64,000 nt of DNA from Spirochaetota bacterium (GTDB taxonomy: Bacteria > Spirochaetota > UBA4802 > UBA5550), in contig JBNKTL010000001.1 of the NCBI GenBank assembly GCA_050298055.1, positions 1 through 64,000 on the forward strand, read 5' to 3'. Below the pieces are notes generated by a model that did not search any database, was not told where the DNA came from, and saw only the letters and a program-made list of their open reading frames with translations. Both the position numbers and the translations under genes were made by a program. Position 1 is the first letter of the stretch, and the number at the start of each line of letters is the position of its first letter. This document shows positions 19,139-29,717 of the stretch, in pieces.

Positions 19139-21766
19139 ATGCTGAAGGTTAATGACTTAAGAAAATCATTTCTCGACTTTTTCGAAGAACGGGACCACAG
19201 GATTGTCCCCTCCAGTTCACTTGTACCCAAAGACGATCCCACCCTCCTTTTCACCACCGCGGGGATGGTGCAGTTCAAACCCATGTTCGCGGGCACCGTG
19301 GACCTGGAGTATACCCGGGCGGCATCTGTCCAGAAGTGCATGAGGACAAGCGATCTTGAAAACGTGGGCAAAACCAAGAGACACCTCACCTTCTTTGAGA
19401 TGCTGGGAAACTTTTCCTTCGGAGATTACTTCAAGGAAGAAGCGATAAAGTACGCGTGGGACTATTCCACGGAAACCATCGGCTTTCCTCCTGAGAAGAT
19501 ATGGATATCCATATACAAGGACGACGACGAGGCATATGAACTCTGGAAAAAGATCGGCGTCCCTCCTGAAAAGATCGTCAGGCTGGGAAAAAAGGACAAC
19601 TTCTGGGGGCCCGCGGGGGATACGGGAGCATGCGGTCCCTGCTCGGAGCTCTACCTGGACCGGGGCGAGGAGTACGGGTGTGGATCTCCCGACTGCAAAC
19701 CGGGATGCGACTGCGAGAGGTTTCTCGAATACTGGAACCTGGTCTTCAACCAGTTCAACCAGGATGTTGACGGGAACCTTCATCCGCTGCCACAGACAGG
19801 TATCGATACCGGCATGGGCCTGGAAAGGCTTGCCACCCTTGTTCAGGGAGTGGACTCGGTCTATGAAACCGACGAATTCGTTAACCTGATAGATTTCGTC
19901 AGCAAAAAATCCGGTGTAAAATATGAAGGGAAGAACATTGACCCCATCAGGGTCATTGTGGAGCATGCCCGTTCCCTTACCTTTGCCATGTCAGACGGGG
20001 TCTATCCCTCCAACGACGGGAGGGGCTATGTCCTGCGAAGAATACTCAGAAGGGCCCTGAGGTACTGCAGGCAGATCGGGCTGCATGATCCTTTTCTCTA
20101 TACACTTGTTGATCCTATCATTGATTCAATCGGAAACTTCTATCCGGAAATCAAGGCCCCTTCAGCCAACGTAAAAAAAGTGATCGAGTCCGAGGAGAAG
20201 AGGTTCCTGGAGACCCTTGAGAACGGAATGGACAGGCTTGACCAGATCATGAAGGCGGGAAAGAAGTCGGGGAAGGGGACCATCCCCGGTAAGGATGTTT
20301 TTCTCCTTTACGATACATTCGGTTTCCCTGTTGAGATGACCACGGAGATTGCCGGGGAGAACGGTCTGGAAGTTGATTCCGCCGGTTTCGAAAAGGAGAT
20401 GGAGCAGCAACGAAACAGGGGCAAGCAGAGCTGGAAGGGGTCCGAAGCCGGCCTGGAAAAGTCCTTTGAAAAGATCGCGGCATCAACCGGTGATACCGAA
20501 TTCCTCGGCTACGAAAAGGACATGTGCGAAGCAAAAATAAAGCTCATCTACCGGGACAACAAACAGGTTGATGAAATAAAGAACGGAGACAGGGCACTTC
20601 TGGTCCTGGATAAAACCGTCTTCTACGGAGAGTCCGGGGGACAGGCGGGGGACACCGGAACCATCCATACGGGCCAGGGGTCCGTTTTCAGTGTGGATGA
20701 TACCAAAAAATTCCACAAGACCGTTGTTCACCTGGGAGAGATGATAAGCGGCAGCCTGAAAAAAGATGATACGGTGACCGCGGAAATTAATACCCTGAAG
20801 AGAAACCTCACCCAGGCGAACCACACGGCCACGCACCTTCTGCAAAAGGCGCTTCTCATGGTACTGGGAGGCCATGTGAAACAGGCGGGGTCCCTTGTTG
20901 AGACCGACAGGTTCCGGTTCGATTTTTCCCACTTTGATGCCATGACAGAAGAGGAGATCCGGAAGGTTGAAGAGATCGTCAACAAAAAAATATGGGAGAA
21001 TATCCCGGTGGAAACCGAAGTCACAAAGATGGAAGATGCCGTAAAAGCCGGGGCCATTGCTGTCTTCGATGAGAAGTATGAAGATATTGTGCGGGTGGTA
21101 AAAGTCGGGAACTTCAGTAAGGAACTCTGCGGAGGGACCCATGTTTCCAACACGGGAAATATCGGTGTATTTAAGATACTCAAGGAGTCCTCACCCGGCG
21201 CGGGAATGAGAAGGATCGAAGGAGTGACCCTGAAAGGACTTCTGGACAGGTTCAGCTCCCACGATACAATTATCTCCCGGCTGTCCTCCACAATGAGTGT
21301 CAGCGAGGAGGATATCATCAGGCGCTACGAGGAGATGGTTGACAGGACAAAGTCACTGGAAAAGGAGATCCAGAAGCTGAAAAAAGGGAACGTCTCCTCG
21401 GAACTTGATGCTCTTATCTCCTCTGCCAGGGATGTCAACGGTGTGAAAATAGTCTCCCATCTCTTTAAGGATGTGGATGCCGGGCACCTCCGGGACCTTT
21501 CGGATAATGTGAGGTCAAAGGAACAGAACTCCATTGTCTGTTTCGGTTCCGAATATGAAGGAAAAGCCCTTCTTCTCTTCGCGGCCACGAAGAACTCCGT
21601 GGAAAGAGGCGCCGACTGCGGGAAAATTATAAAAGAGGTCTCGAAACATGTTGGCGGAGGAGGGGGAGGCCGCAAGGACCTGGCTCAGGCCGGCGGTAAG
21701 TTACCGGAGGGACTTGAAAAGGCCATCGGCGAGGGGATAAAAACCGCCGAAAAGATGGTGAAGTAA
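19139..21766 (+). CDS. alaS: Alanine--tRNA ligase
   Basis: DPTLLFTTAGMVQFKP, HLTFFEMLGNFSFGDYFK, editing-site HTATH and ELCGGTH, GGGGGRxDLAQAGG. Confidence 0.99.
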   Translation: MLKVNDLRKSFLDFFEERDHRIVPSSSLVPKDDPTLLFTTAGMVQFKPMFAGTVDLEYTRAASVQKCMRTSDLENVGKTKRHLTFFEMLGNFSFGDYFKEEAIKYAWDYSTETIGFPPEKIWISIYKDDDEAYELWKKIGVPPEKIVRLGKKDNFWGPAGDTGACGPCSELYLDRGEEYGCGSPDCKPGCDCERFLEYWNLVFNQFNQDVDGNLHPLPQTGIDTGMGLERLATLVQGVDSVYETDEFVNLIDFVSKKSGVKYEGKNIDPIRVIVEHARSLTFAMSDGVYPSNDGRGYVLRRILRRALRYCRQIGLHDPFLYTLVDPIIDSIGNFYPEIKAPSANVKKVIESEEKRFLETLENGMDRLDQIMKAGKKSGKGTIPGKDVFLLYDTFGFPVEMTTEIAGENGLEVDSAGFEKEMEQQRNRGKQSWKGSEAGLEKSFEKIAASTGDTEFLGYEKDMCEAKIKLIYRDNKQVDEIKNGDRALLVLDKTVFYGESGGQAGDTGTIHTGQGSVFSVDDTKKFHKTVVHLGEMISGSLKKDDTVTAEINTLKRNLTQANHTATHLLQKALLMVLGGHVKQAGSLVETDRFRFDFSHFDAMTEEEIRKVEEIVNKKIWENIPVETEVTKMEDAVKAGAIAVFDEKYEDIVRVVKVGNFSKELCGGTHVSNTGNIGVFKILKESSPGAGMRRIEGVTLKGLLDRFSSHDTIISRLSSTMSVSEEDIIRRYEEMVDRTKSLEKEIQKLKKGNVSSELDALISSARDVNGVKIVSHLFKDVDAGHLRDLSDNVRSKEQNSIVCFGSEYEGKALLLFAATKNSVERGADCGKIIKEVSKHVGGGGGGRKDLAQAGGKLPEGLEKAIGEGIKTAEKMVK

Positions 21767-21799
21767 TTGAATGGGATACACGAGTAGTATAAATATAGA

Positions 21800-21828
21800 T
21801 TGACACGATATTTTCTTTCAAATAGAGT
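21800..21828 (+). promoter_or_regulatory. Putative sigma70 promoter of the omptin gene
   Basis: TTGACA-17 nt-TAGAGT. Confidence 0.45.
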
Positions 21829-21870
21829 GCTGAAATAATTCCCTTACAACTCCAGGAGCAATGAAATTTT

Positions 21871-23013
21871 ATGATTGGTAAAAGCAATCAACGTGTAAAA
21901 ACTATTACTTTCTGTTTTATTTTTCTGCTCTTCGCTTCTCACCACCTGTTAACGGCACAGGAGAAAGCCGGCCCAAAAAAGGACCCGCAGGAACCGGGAA
22001 CAGGCACTTCTTCAAAAAGAGAGGGCACTAATAAAGAAACGGAAAAGACACAAAAAGAAAATTCTTCCCATAAAAAAATACTGGTTAAAAACAAAAACTA
22101 TGAAATCTCCTTTGCAGCCGGGACCGGGATAATGCAGGGACATACAACATATCAAATAGGGGGCAGCTATGATTCACCGGAGGAAAGCGGTGAATTACAC
22201 TTCCCTTTAAGCGAACTGGTCTTTCCTTTAAATACATATATGGTATCCGCAGAAACGAATATTCTGTTCCTTGAAAAATGGAAAATCGATATGAAATTCC
22301 AGACAAATTTAAAAAATGACACTGATCATATGAAAGATTCTGACTGGGGAATTCCCTATGAGGACCCACCAGGGTCAGATAATTTTTACTGGTACGGTCC
22401 CGATCATCTCGACATTTATTCCGAAAGTGAAACAAGCCTGCGGGCATATATCCTTGATATTGATCTCCTCTTCAGATTCTATCACCATGTATCCAGAAGT
22501 CCCTACTTCAAAGATATTGATTTCTTTGCCGGACCGGGATATATTTTTCAGCAATATAAATTCCAGTGCAGGCTTATCAGGCAATGGGACTACAGGCCGG
22601 ACAATCCGGAACCTCTCGACTATCTGGGAGACGGGAGTGTGGGATTGACGTATAAGGTTCTGACACATATCCCCTATCTGAAACTTAATACCGAGATCAA
22701 TTTAAAAAACAGGTACCAAATTTATTTCAGTATCGGATACTCACCCTATGTTATTCTCAATGACAGAGACAATCATGTTCTTCGCTCAAAGATATCAAAA
22801 GCAGAATGTACCGGAAGCGCGGTTTTATTTTCTCTTGGGGGAAAAATTGATCTTCAAAAATCTCTATTCCTTAAACTTCAGTTCGATTATATTTCCATCG
22901 ATACGGAAGGAGAACAGAAACAATATGAGGATGATGTATGGACCGGAACACTGGATCAAAAGAATTTCAGTGAAAGGACATCAGCGGGGCTCTCCATAGG
23001 GTACAGTTTTTAA
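21871..23013 (+). CDS. Omptin-family outer-membrane beta-barrel protease
   Basis: Signal peptide; SELxF; MKDSDW (Asp pair); DRDNH (Asp-His); terminal YSF. Confidence 0.8.
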   Translation: MIGKSNQRVKTITFCFIFLLFASHHLLTAQEKAGPKKDPQEPGTGTSSKREGTNKETEKTQKENSSHKKILVKNKNYEISFAAGTGIMQGHTTYQIGGSYDSPEESGELHFPLSELVFPLNTYMVSAETNILFLEKWKIDMKFQTNLKNDTDHMKDSDWGIPYEDPPGSDNFYWYGPDHLDIYSESETSLRAYILDIDLLFRFYHHVSRSPYFKDIDFFAGPGYIFQQYKFQCRLIRQWDYRPDNPEPLDYLGDGSVGLTYKVLTHIPYLKLNTEINLKNRYQIYFSIGYSPYVILNDRDNHVLRSKISKAECTGSAVLFSLGGKIDLQKSLFLKLQFDYISIDTEGEQKQYEDDVWTGTLDQKNFSERTSAGLSIGYSF

Positions 23014-23062
23014 AAGATTTTAAAATAAATTTTTTGGTTATCTTCAAGAGTTTACACAGGGT

Positions 23063-24766
23063 TTACTCATTTTTAAAAGTTACCCGGTCACGACCGTTGT
23101 TTTTGCTTTCAAACAACGCTTTATCCGCAAGGGAGATAATTCTGGATGGGTCAATGGTCTCATCGGGCACGATGGATGTGAAACCAATGCTTATTGAAAC
23201 AATCTCCTTCACCGGAGAGGATTCATGAGGGATCTTTTTCCTTTCTATTTCAAGCCGGATTGATTCCGCAATTGATGCCGCTTCACTTGCTCCTGTGTTT
23301 GGCATAATAACGGCAAATTCTTCACCTCCATACCGCGCCGGGATATCTGTAACTCTTTTGCAATGATTGCGAAGAGAATCTGCTACCGATCGAATGCACC
23401 TGTCACCCGCTACATGACCATAAGTATCATTGAATTTTTTAAAATAATCGATATCACACATTAAAAGCGCTATGGGTGTTAATGTGCGCCTGAGTCTGCT
23501 GACCTCCTCTTTTAATTTCTCGTCAAAGTAACGCCGGTTATAGAGCTGCGTGAGCCCGTCAAGATTTGAAAGGCGCTGTAATTCCCGGTTGGCCGTTTCC
23601 AGGTCCCGGGTTCTTTTCCTGACTTTTTCTTCAAGTTCCGCCGCCAGTTTTCGTTTTGCTTCCAGCACGGATTCCTGTTTCTTGTATTTCCAGAAGAGAA
23701 AAAGCGCGATACACAGAGAGATAACTGTAATGGCGATAAGATATTTTCTGTATTTTTCAAATTTTTCCGGAGGGGAGTTAATAACCACACTGTTCTTCGG
23801 CAGAGAAGAGATGGCTATGTAAAATTTTTTCATATATTTATAGTCAAACATGTATTGTGTGGGGCAGTCAGAAACAATTTTTAATTCCCCGATACTATTT
23901 CCGTGAAGAATTTTTAAAGCGAGATTCCCGGCCATCCGGCCCTGAAGATAACCTGAAGTAATTCGTCCGCCGATAATTCCTTTTCCCAGGTAAAAATCCC
24001 AGGACCCGTATACAGGGACCTGTGAATTACTGGATATAATTTCAATACCTTCGTTATATGAGATAAAATTATTCTTTTTATCGCGATTAAACGTTAAAAG
24101 ATAAATGAGATCGTTTTTACCGAAACGGGCAATCCTGTGAGGGACTTCCTCCAGAAGAAAATCCCTGAGGAACTGAAATTCGATTTTTCCTTTATAAAGT
24201 AATTCGATTTTTTTAAACTCTTCCCGGATGGAATTACCCGTGGGAGTTCTGTCAAGGATGACAATGACCCGGTTCCTGTCCGGGTGCAATTTCCTCATAA
24301 CATCAATGGTGGCCTGATAATCGGTTACCTCCACGACACCTGTTGCATTCTTGATACCGCTGATCATCTTATTACTGAAATTATTGATTCCACAGAAAAC
24401 AATGGGCGGATTGCCCGGAAAGAAGATACGGCCTTCATTCACCAGTTTTAAAGCAGTGTTGTCGGATAAAATTACGACTCTGTATTTAATATGTTTATTC
24501 TTGGCCAGTATGAGCCTTACCACCTGTTCCATGTAATACTTACCGGTATTTCTTTTTGTATCAAGATATTCAAAATGTATTTCATAATCTTTCCGGAACG
24601 GCAAAAAGACCGATTTGATCCCTTTTGTAATATTATCAGTCCATTCCAGCCCCTGGTGATATGAATGGAGGACCAGTACCTTCTTTTTCCATTCCGCATA
24701 TGAATCACGGTTAACCGAACTTAAGAAAAAGACGATTATGATAATATATAGGGTATTTTTTTTCAT
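23063..24766 (-). CDS. Diguanylate cyclase with periplasmic ABC-substrate-binding-type sensor
   Basis: VLHSYH..WT sensor N-terminus; TM helix; DGLTQLYNRRYF; DIDYFK; RVTD I-site followed by GGEEF. Confidence 0.93.
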   Translation of the reverse strand: MKKNTLYIIIIVFFLSSVNRDSYAEWKKKVLVLHSYHQGLEWTDNITKGIKSVFLPFRKDYEIHFEYLDTKRNTGKYYMEQVVRLILAKNKHIKYRVVILSDNTALKLVNEGRIFFPGNPPIVFCGINNFSNKMISGIKNATGVVEVTDYQATIDVMRKLHPDRNRVIVILDRTPTGNSIREEFKKIELLYKGKIEFQFLRDFLLEEVPHRIARFGKNDLIYLLTFNRDKKNNFISYNEGIEIISSNSQVPVYGSWDFYLGKGIIGGRITSGYLQGRMAGNLALKILHGNSIGELKIVSDCPTQYMFDYKYMKKFYIAISSLPKNSVVINSPPEKFEKYRKYLIAITVISLCIALFLFWKYKKQESVLEAKRKLAAELEEKVRKRTRDLETANRELQRLSNLDGLTQLYNRRYFDEKLKEEVSRLRRTLTPIALLMCDIDYFKKFNDTYGHVAGDRCIRSVADSLRNHCKRVTDIPARYGGEEFAVIMPNTGASEAASIAESIRLEIERKKIPHESSPVKEIVSISIGFTSIVPDETIDPSRIISLADKALFESKNNGRDRVTFKNE

Positions 24767-24938
24767 AATGAATCAGTCTCTTATCTTATATTATCGGAAC
24801 GATCAGAATATACTTGTAATCCGGCCAGATGCACACAATAACTGGGAGACTTGTCCAGAAAAAAACATTCAAACAGGAACTCGGGGGGAGATTTATCCGC
24901 ATTTTTTAATTGAATTTTCAAAAAAAGACTGTACAAAA

Positions 24939-24956
24939 ATATACCGATCAGTATAT
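24939..24956. promoter_or_regulatory. Near-perfect palindromic operator (TetR-like)
   Basis: ATATACCGATCAGTATAT just upstream of the dehydratase genes. Confidence 0.55.
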
Positions 24957-24984
24957 ATTTGATTAATTGGTTTCAGGGAAAAAT

Positions 24985-26034
24985 ATGAAAGGGGATAAAA
25001 AATATATCGGCTTCTCCTGTACATATACACCTCTACATCTCATCGATGCAGCGGGATTCATTCCCTATAAGATCATCCCAAAGGGAAACTGGCCGGAACG
25101 GGCCGGTGAAATCCTCCATGAAAATCTCTGCCCCAACGTAAAGCGGATCCTGGACAGGGTACTTGAGAACGACCTCCCGGAACTGGCCGGCGTTGTTTTC
25201 ATGAACAGCTGTGATGCCATGAGAAGGCTCTCCGACGCGTGGATCAAAACAAGACAGGACCACAGGGTGATGATCCTCGACCTTCCCGTCTCATTCAGCA
25301 AGAGTTCCATCTCATACTTCAAAAACGAAATTGAGAAAATGATCGAAAAGCTTCAGGAGTGGTCCGGGGAAAAAATTGACGGGGAAAAGATAAAAAAGAG
25401 TATTGAGAGATATAACAGGCTGACGGACAGCATCGCCCTCCTCCTGGAGAAGCGGAACGAGGGAAAGCTCCCCGGGGGAAGCAGAGCTCTCCAGGAGATC
25501 TATAACAGGGCAGTGACGGAAGATCCGGAAGTGACCCTTAAAAAACTGGAAGAGCCCGGAGAGAGCAGTAAAAAAGCAGGGGATTCCGGCGTGCCCGTAT
25601 TTCTCTTTGGGAATGTTTTTCCCGATCCCGAAGCCTACGAAATTTTCCAGGCAGCAGGGGCCGAAGTAACAGCCGACGACCTCTGTACCGGTTCACGGAT
25701 GTTCCGGAGGATCGAGCTGAAGGAAAACAGCGATATACTTGGAACACTGGCAGAGGAGATTCTGGGCAGCCCCCCCTGCGCCAGGACCATCTTCAGTGAA
25801 GATCCCCACAGGCTTTTTGATGAACTGATGGACAAATACCGGAAGAGCGGCGCCAGGGGGATTATCTTCCACACGGTAAAGTTCTGCGACCCCTATCTCT
25901 CCCGGCTCCCCTACCTCCGGAAGAAGATCCAGGAGGAGGGGATACCCTTCTTAAGCCTCGAAGGGGACTGCACCACCCGCTCAATGGGACAGCAGCTGAC
26001 GAGGATAGAAGCTTTTGTAGAGATGCTGAGGTGA
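24985..26034 (+). CDS. 2-hydroxyacyl-CoA dehydratase subunit (HgdB/FldC-like)
   Basis: CTYTP, NLCP, NSCDAMRR, DDLCTG, PCAR, KFCDP, TRIEAFVEM; start reassigned to ATG 24985. Confidence 0.9.
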   Translation: MKGDKKYIGFSCTYTPLHLIDAAGFIPYKIIPKGNWPERAGEILHENLCPNVKRILDRVLENDLPELAGVVFMNSCDAMRRLSDAWIKTRQDHRVMILDLPVSFSKSSISYFKNEIEKMIEKLQEWSGEKIDGEKIKKSIERYNRLTDSIALLLEKRNEGKLPGGSRALQEIYNRAVTEDPEVTLKKLEEPGESSKKAGDSGVPVFLFGNVFPDPEAYEIFQAAGAEVTADDLCTGSRMFRRIELKENSDILGTLAEEILGSPPCARTIFSEDPHRLFDELMDKYRKSGARGIIFHTVKFCDPYLSRLPYLRKKIQEEGIPFLSLEGDCTTRSMGQQLTRIEAFVEMLR

Positions 26035-27257
26035 CAGCCATGATGAGAGATCATTTTAACGGACTGGTAACGGGCATTGAGAAGTCCATAGAAGAAAATC
26101 CCCGGGCGGTTAGCCCCCGGAAGAGGTACACCCTTGAGGTTGCCCGTCTTGGGACGAGACTCTATTCCCCGGAATCAAAGGTCGCCTGGTGCGGAATAAC
26201 GGCCCCCTTCGACATCCTTAATGCCATGGGGATAACCTCTTGCTTTGTGGAGTTTATCGGCGCCATGCTGGCATCAACGGGAGCTGTGGGAGAATTTATG
26301 GAGGAGGCGGAACATTCCGGTTACGCCCCGGACATCTGCGCCTACCACAGGTCGGTCATTGGCGCGGCCATGAAGGGGCTTATGCCGGTGCCCGAGATCC
26401 TCATCGCTACAACCTGTCCCTGCACCGGGGGCCTCTCAACCATAGAGAACCTCTCCCGGATCTTTGAAAAGGAGATGTTTATCCTCAATATCCCCAATGA
26501 GATGACGGAAAAAAGCGTGGAGTACCTTGCGGACCAGCTCAGGGACATGGTCTCCTTTGTGGAAGCCCATACGGGAGAGAAGCTCGAACCGGATAAGCTC
26601 GCCCTTTCCATTGAAAAAACAAACAGGACCCGGGAACTTCTCGCCGAGGTATACGACCTGGCAGGCCGGGTCCCCTCACCGGCCACCAGTAAAGAGATGG
26701 GCAACTTCGGGATAGTCATGCCCCTTTTTTTCGGGACCGACGGCGGGATAGAGGTAGCGAAGACCTACAGGGACACCTTTCGGGACAGGATCAGGATGCA
26801 GAAGGGAGGTCTTGATGATGAGAAACAGAGACTTATCTGGATACAGAACCGGATCCAGTTCAAAAACTCCATAATAAATATGATGGAAGAGAATTACGGT
26901 GCCGCAATCGTCGTTGATGAGCTCAATGATATTACCTGGGACCCCATAGACCCCGAAGAGCCCTATACCGGGATCGCAAAGAGGTGTATCTCAATTCCCT
27001 TTAACGGAAGCATTAAAAACAGGATAGAGCATATCAGGACGCTCTCACGAAAGTATTCGGTAGACGGGGCTGTCTTTCCCGGGCACTGGGGGTGCAGGCA
27101 GGGGACCGGGTCCCGGGGGCTCATTGAAGCGGGACTCAGGGATATGGGGATCCCCATGCTCAACCTGGATATGGACTGTGTGGACACACGGAACTACGCT
27201 GAGGGCCAGGTCCGGACCAGGGTCGAGGCCTTTATGGAGACCCTGGAAAACAGGTAA
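26031..27257 (+). CDS. 2-hydroxyacyl-CoA dehydratase subunit (HgdA/FldB-like)
   Basis: DICAYHR, HWGCRQ, DMDCVD, TRVEAFME; GTGA overlap with the upstream gene. Confidence 0.9.
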   Translation: MTAMMRDHFNGLVTGIEKSIEENPRAVSPRKRYTLEVARLGTRLYSPESKVAWCGITAPFDILNAMGITSCFVEFIGAMLASTGAVGEFMEEAEHSGYAPDICAYHRSVIGAAMKGLMPVPEILIATTCPCTGGLSTIENLSRIFEKEMFILNIPNEMTEKSVEYLADQLRDMVSFVEAHTGEKLEPDKLALSIEKTNRTRELLAEVYDLAGRVPSPATSKEMGNFGIVMPLFFGTDGGIEVAKTYRDTFRDRIRMQKGGLDDEKQRLIWIQNRIQFKNSIINMMEENYGAAIVVDELNDITWDPIDPEEPYTGIAKRCISIPFNGSIKNRIEHIRTLSRKYSVDGAVFPGHWGCRQGTGSRGLIEAGLRDMGIPMLNLDMDCVDTRNYAEGQVRTRVEAFMETLENR

Positions 27258-27336
27258 AGGCTCCATGAATCTCTTGACATCTGACAGCCTTCCCGGCAAA
27301 GTCAATTAGACAAAAGCGACTCAGCAGGGAAATCTT

Positions 27337-27921
27337 ATGATAGCAAAACTCCGGGGAAAAATCGACACCCTCAAACCGACGGAACTCGTCCTTGACGTAA
27401 ACGGGGTGGGATACCACCTCTCCATCCCCATTACCACCTACGAGGAGATTCAGAACAAGCCGGAGGCATCCCTCCATGTTTACACATACATCCGGGAGGA
27501 CCAGCTGAAGCTCTTCGGGTTCCACGATGAAGGGATGAAGGAACTCTTTGCCATACTCCTCAACATAAGCGGGATAGGGCCAGCCATGGCCATTTCCCTC
27601 TTGTCGGGAATAAGCCCCGGGAGGCTTGTGGAATCGGTAAGGATGGAAGACACATCTTCCCTGGTGAAGATACCGGGTATCGGAAAGGCAAAGGCGGAGA
27701 AGCTGATATTTGAGCTCAAGCGGAAGATCAAAAAGCTTGAGAGCTTTGCCGGGGGAACGGAAAGATCCGCCCCTGCCTCAAACGACGCGGTGGATGCCCT
27801 TATCACCCTGGGATTTGACGAGAAGAGGTCTGTTTCAACGGTAAGTAAAATCACCGAGGAAAATCCCGGGTTTACCCTGGAACAGCTTATCAAGGAGGCC
27901 CTGAAGCAGCTTTCAGGCTGA
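27337..27921 (+). CDS. ruvA: Holliday junction branch migration protein RuvA
   Basis: DVNGVGY, IREDQLKLFGF, HhH motifs ISGIGP and IPGIGKAKAE, ALITLGF. Confidence 0.97.
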   Translation: MIAKLRGKIDTLKPTELVLDVNGVGYHLSIPITTYEEIQNKPEASLHVYTYIREDQLKLFGFHDEGMKELFAILLNISGIGPAMAISLLSGISPGRLVESVRMEDTSSLVKIPGIGKAKAEKLIFELKRKIKKLESFAGGTERSAPASNDAVDALITLGFDEKRSVSTVSKITEENPGFTLEQLIKEALKQLSG

Positions 27922-29676
27922 GTCCTCCTCCTTCTTTATGCCCGCGTAGACAAATCCCCGGGAGGCATCCACGGTAACCACGGTCCCGCTTTTCAGGATC
28001 TTCGTGGCGCTTGTGACATTTGTCAGTACGGGGATCTGGAGGGCTTTCCCTACAACGGCGGCCTCGGAATCTTTGCCTTCCTCCTCGGTTATGAGGGCGG
28101 AGGCGCCTGTTATGGCGGGGAGGATCTTCTCATGTGATCTTTCGATGACCAGAACATCACCTGCATGAAAATCCGCCAGTGACTCCTCCCCTTCCTGAAC
28201 CACGCAGAGGGGACCGCTGGCGATACCCTTGTAGGCCCCCTTCCCCTCGGCCAGAACGTCTCCGATAATATGGACCTTGAGGGTATTGGTGGTCCCGCTT
28301 ACTCCCACATGCATACCCCCGGTGATCACCACCAGGTCGCCGTTCTTCACAAGGGGTGTGTTGGAGACCCTGTCTATGGCCTGCTCGAATATCTCATCGG
28401 TGTTCTCCTTTTCATCGGTAAGTATGGGGAATACCCCCCAGGTCAGGGAGAGCTGGTGGAAAACCTTCCGGGAAATGGTGGTAGCGATAATGGGGCATTC
28501 CGGCCTGAATTTGGATATCATATAAGCGGTCCGTCCCGATTTGGTCACCGTAACAATCGCCGCCCCTCCCAGGGAGTGAGCGGTATGGCAGGTGGCATGG
28601 CTGATGGCATTTGTCACATTCCTGGATACTGTCAGGCTTTCCCCGGAGAAGTTCTTTATATAGTCGATATCCTTCTCGGTCTCCTGGGCGATTTTGGACA
28701 TGGTGTTGACTGCCTCCACGGGATAGTCCCCGATGGATGTCTCCCCGGAGAGCATGGTTGCGCTGGTCCCGTCATAGATGGCATTGGCAACATCGGTTAT
28801 CTCCGCCCGTGTGGGCCGGGGATTTTTTGTCATGGAGTCGAGCATCTGGGTGGCCGTTATCACCGGTTTCCCGCTCCGGTAGCACTTTTTGATGATGCTC
28901 TTCTGGATAGCGGGAAGTTCCTCGAAGGGGATCTCCACCCCCATATCCCCCCGGGCAACCATAATCCCGTCGCTGACCCGGATGATCTCGTCGATATTAT
29001 CAACCCCCTCCCGGTTCTCAATTTTCGCAATGACCCTTATCTCCTTTCCCCCGGCATCCTCCAGGATCTTTCTTATCTCCTTTACACAGTCGCTGTTCCG
29101 AACAAAAGAAGCGGCCACGAAGTCAAAGTCATTCTCCACGGCAAATTTCAGGTCACGGGTATCCTTCTCGCTGATAAAGGGAAGGTTTATCGTAACATCC
29201 GGGACATTTACTCCCTTCCTGTCCTTGACAATCCCGCCGTTTATCACTTCGCACTCAATATCAGTATCTGTCTTACCCACGACCTTGAGCTCAATGAGAC
29301 CGTCATCCAGAAGTATCCTGTCACCCCGCATGACATCCTTTGCCAGGCCCCTGTAAGTCACCGAGACCCTCTTTTCGTTTCCGGAAATATCTTCCCCGGT
29401 TAGGGTAAAGAGGCTCCCCTCTTTGAGCTCTACCCGGCCATTTTCAAAGGTCTTAAGCCTTATCTCGGGTCCCCGGGTATCAAGGAGAAGACCTGCGGGC
29501 AGCTTCAGTTCGTCCCTCAGCCTCTTAAAGAGGTTTGCCGTATTGAGATGTTCTTCATAGCTCCCGTGGGAGAAGTTCAGCCGGGCAACATTCATTCCGC
29601 TCAGGAGGAGCTTTTTCAGGACCTCTTCGTCATCAGTTGCCGGACCCAGAGTACAGACTATCTTTGTTTTTCTCAT
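27913..29676 (-). CDS. pyk: Pyruvate kinase with C-terminal PEP-utiliser swivelling domain
   Basis: RKTKIVCTLGPA, ARLNFSHG, AKIEN, MVARGDMGVE, ATQMLDSM, MLSGET. Confidence 0.98.
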   Translation of the reverse strand: MRKTKIVCTLGPATDDEEVLKKLLLSGMNVARLNFSHGSYEEHLNTANLFKRLRDELKLPAGLLLDTRGPEIRLKTFENGRVELKEGSLFTLTGEDISGNEKRVSVTYRGLAKDVMRGDRILLDDGLIELKVVGKTDTDIECEVINGGIVKDRKGVNVPDVTINLPFISEKDTRDLKFAVENDFDFVAASFVRNSDCVKEIRKILEDAGGKEIRVIAKIENREGVDNIDEIIRVSDGIMVARGDMGVEIPFEELPAIQKSIIKKCYRSGKPVITATQMLDSMTKNPRPTRAEITDVANAIYDGTSATMLSGETSIGDYPVEAVNTMSKIAQETEKDIDYIKNFSGESLTVSRNVTNAISHATCHTAHSLGGAAIVTVTKSGRTAYMISKFRPECPIIATTISRKVFHQLSLTWGVFPILTDEKENTDEIFEQAIDRVSNTPLVKNGDLVVITGGMHVGVSGTTNTLKVHIIGDVLAEGKGAYKGIASGPLCVVQEGEESLADFHAGDVLVIERSHEKILPAITGASALITEEEGKDSEAAVVGKALQIPVLTNVTSATKILKSGTVVTVDASRGFVYAGIKKEEDSA

Positions 29677-29717
29677 TGCGATTCCCTGTTTTGGATCATT
29701 AATCTGCAGCCGTAAGG

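Noticed and set aside
28270..29403. 377-aa ORF antisense to pyk (similar cases at 591-1355, 3248-3856 and 42448-43386)
   Set aside because: Shadow ORFs opposite well-supported genes, with no recognisable motifs
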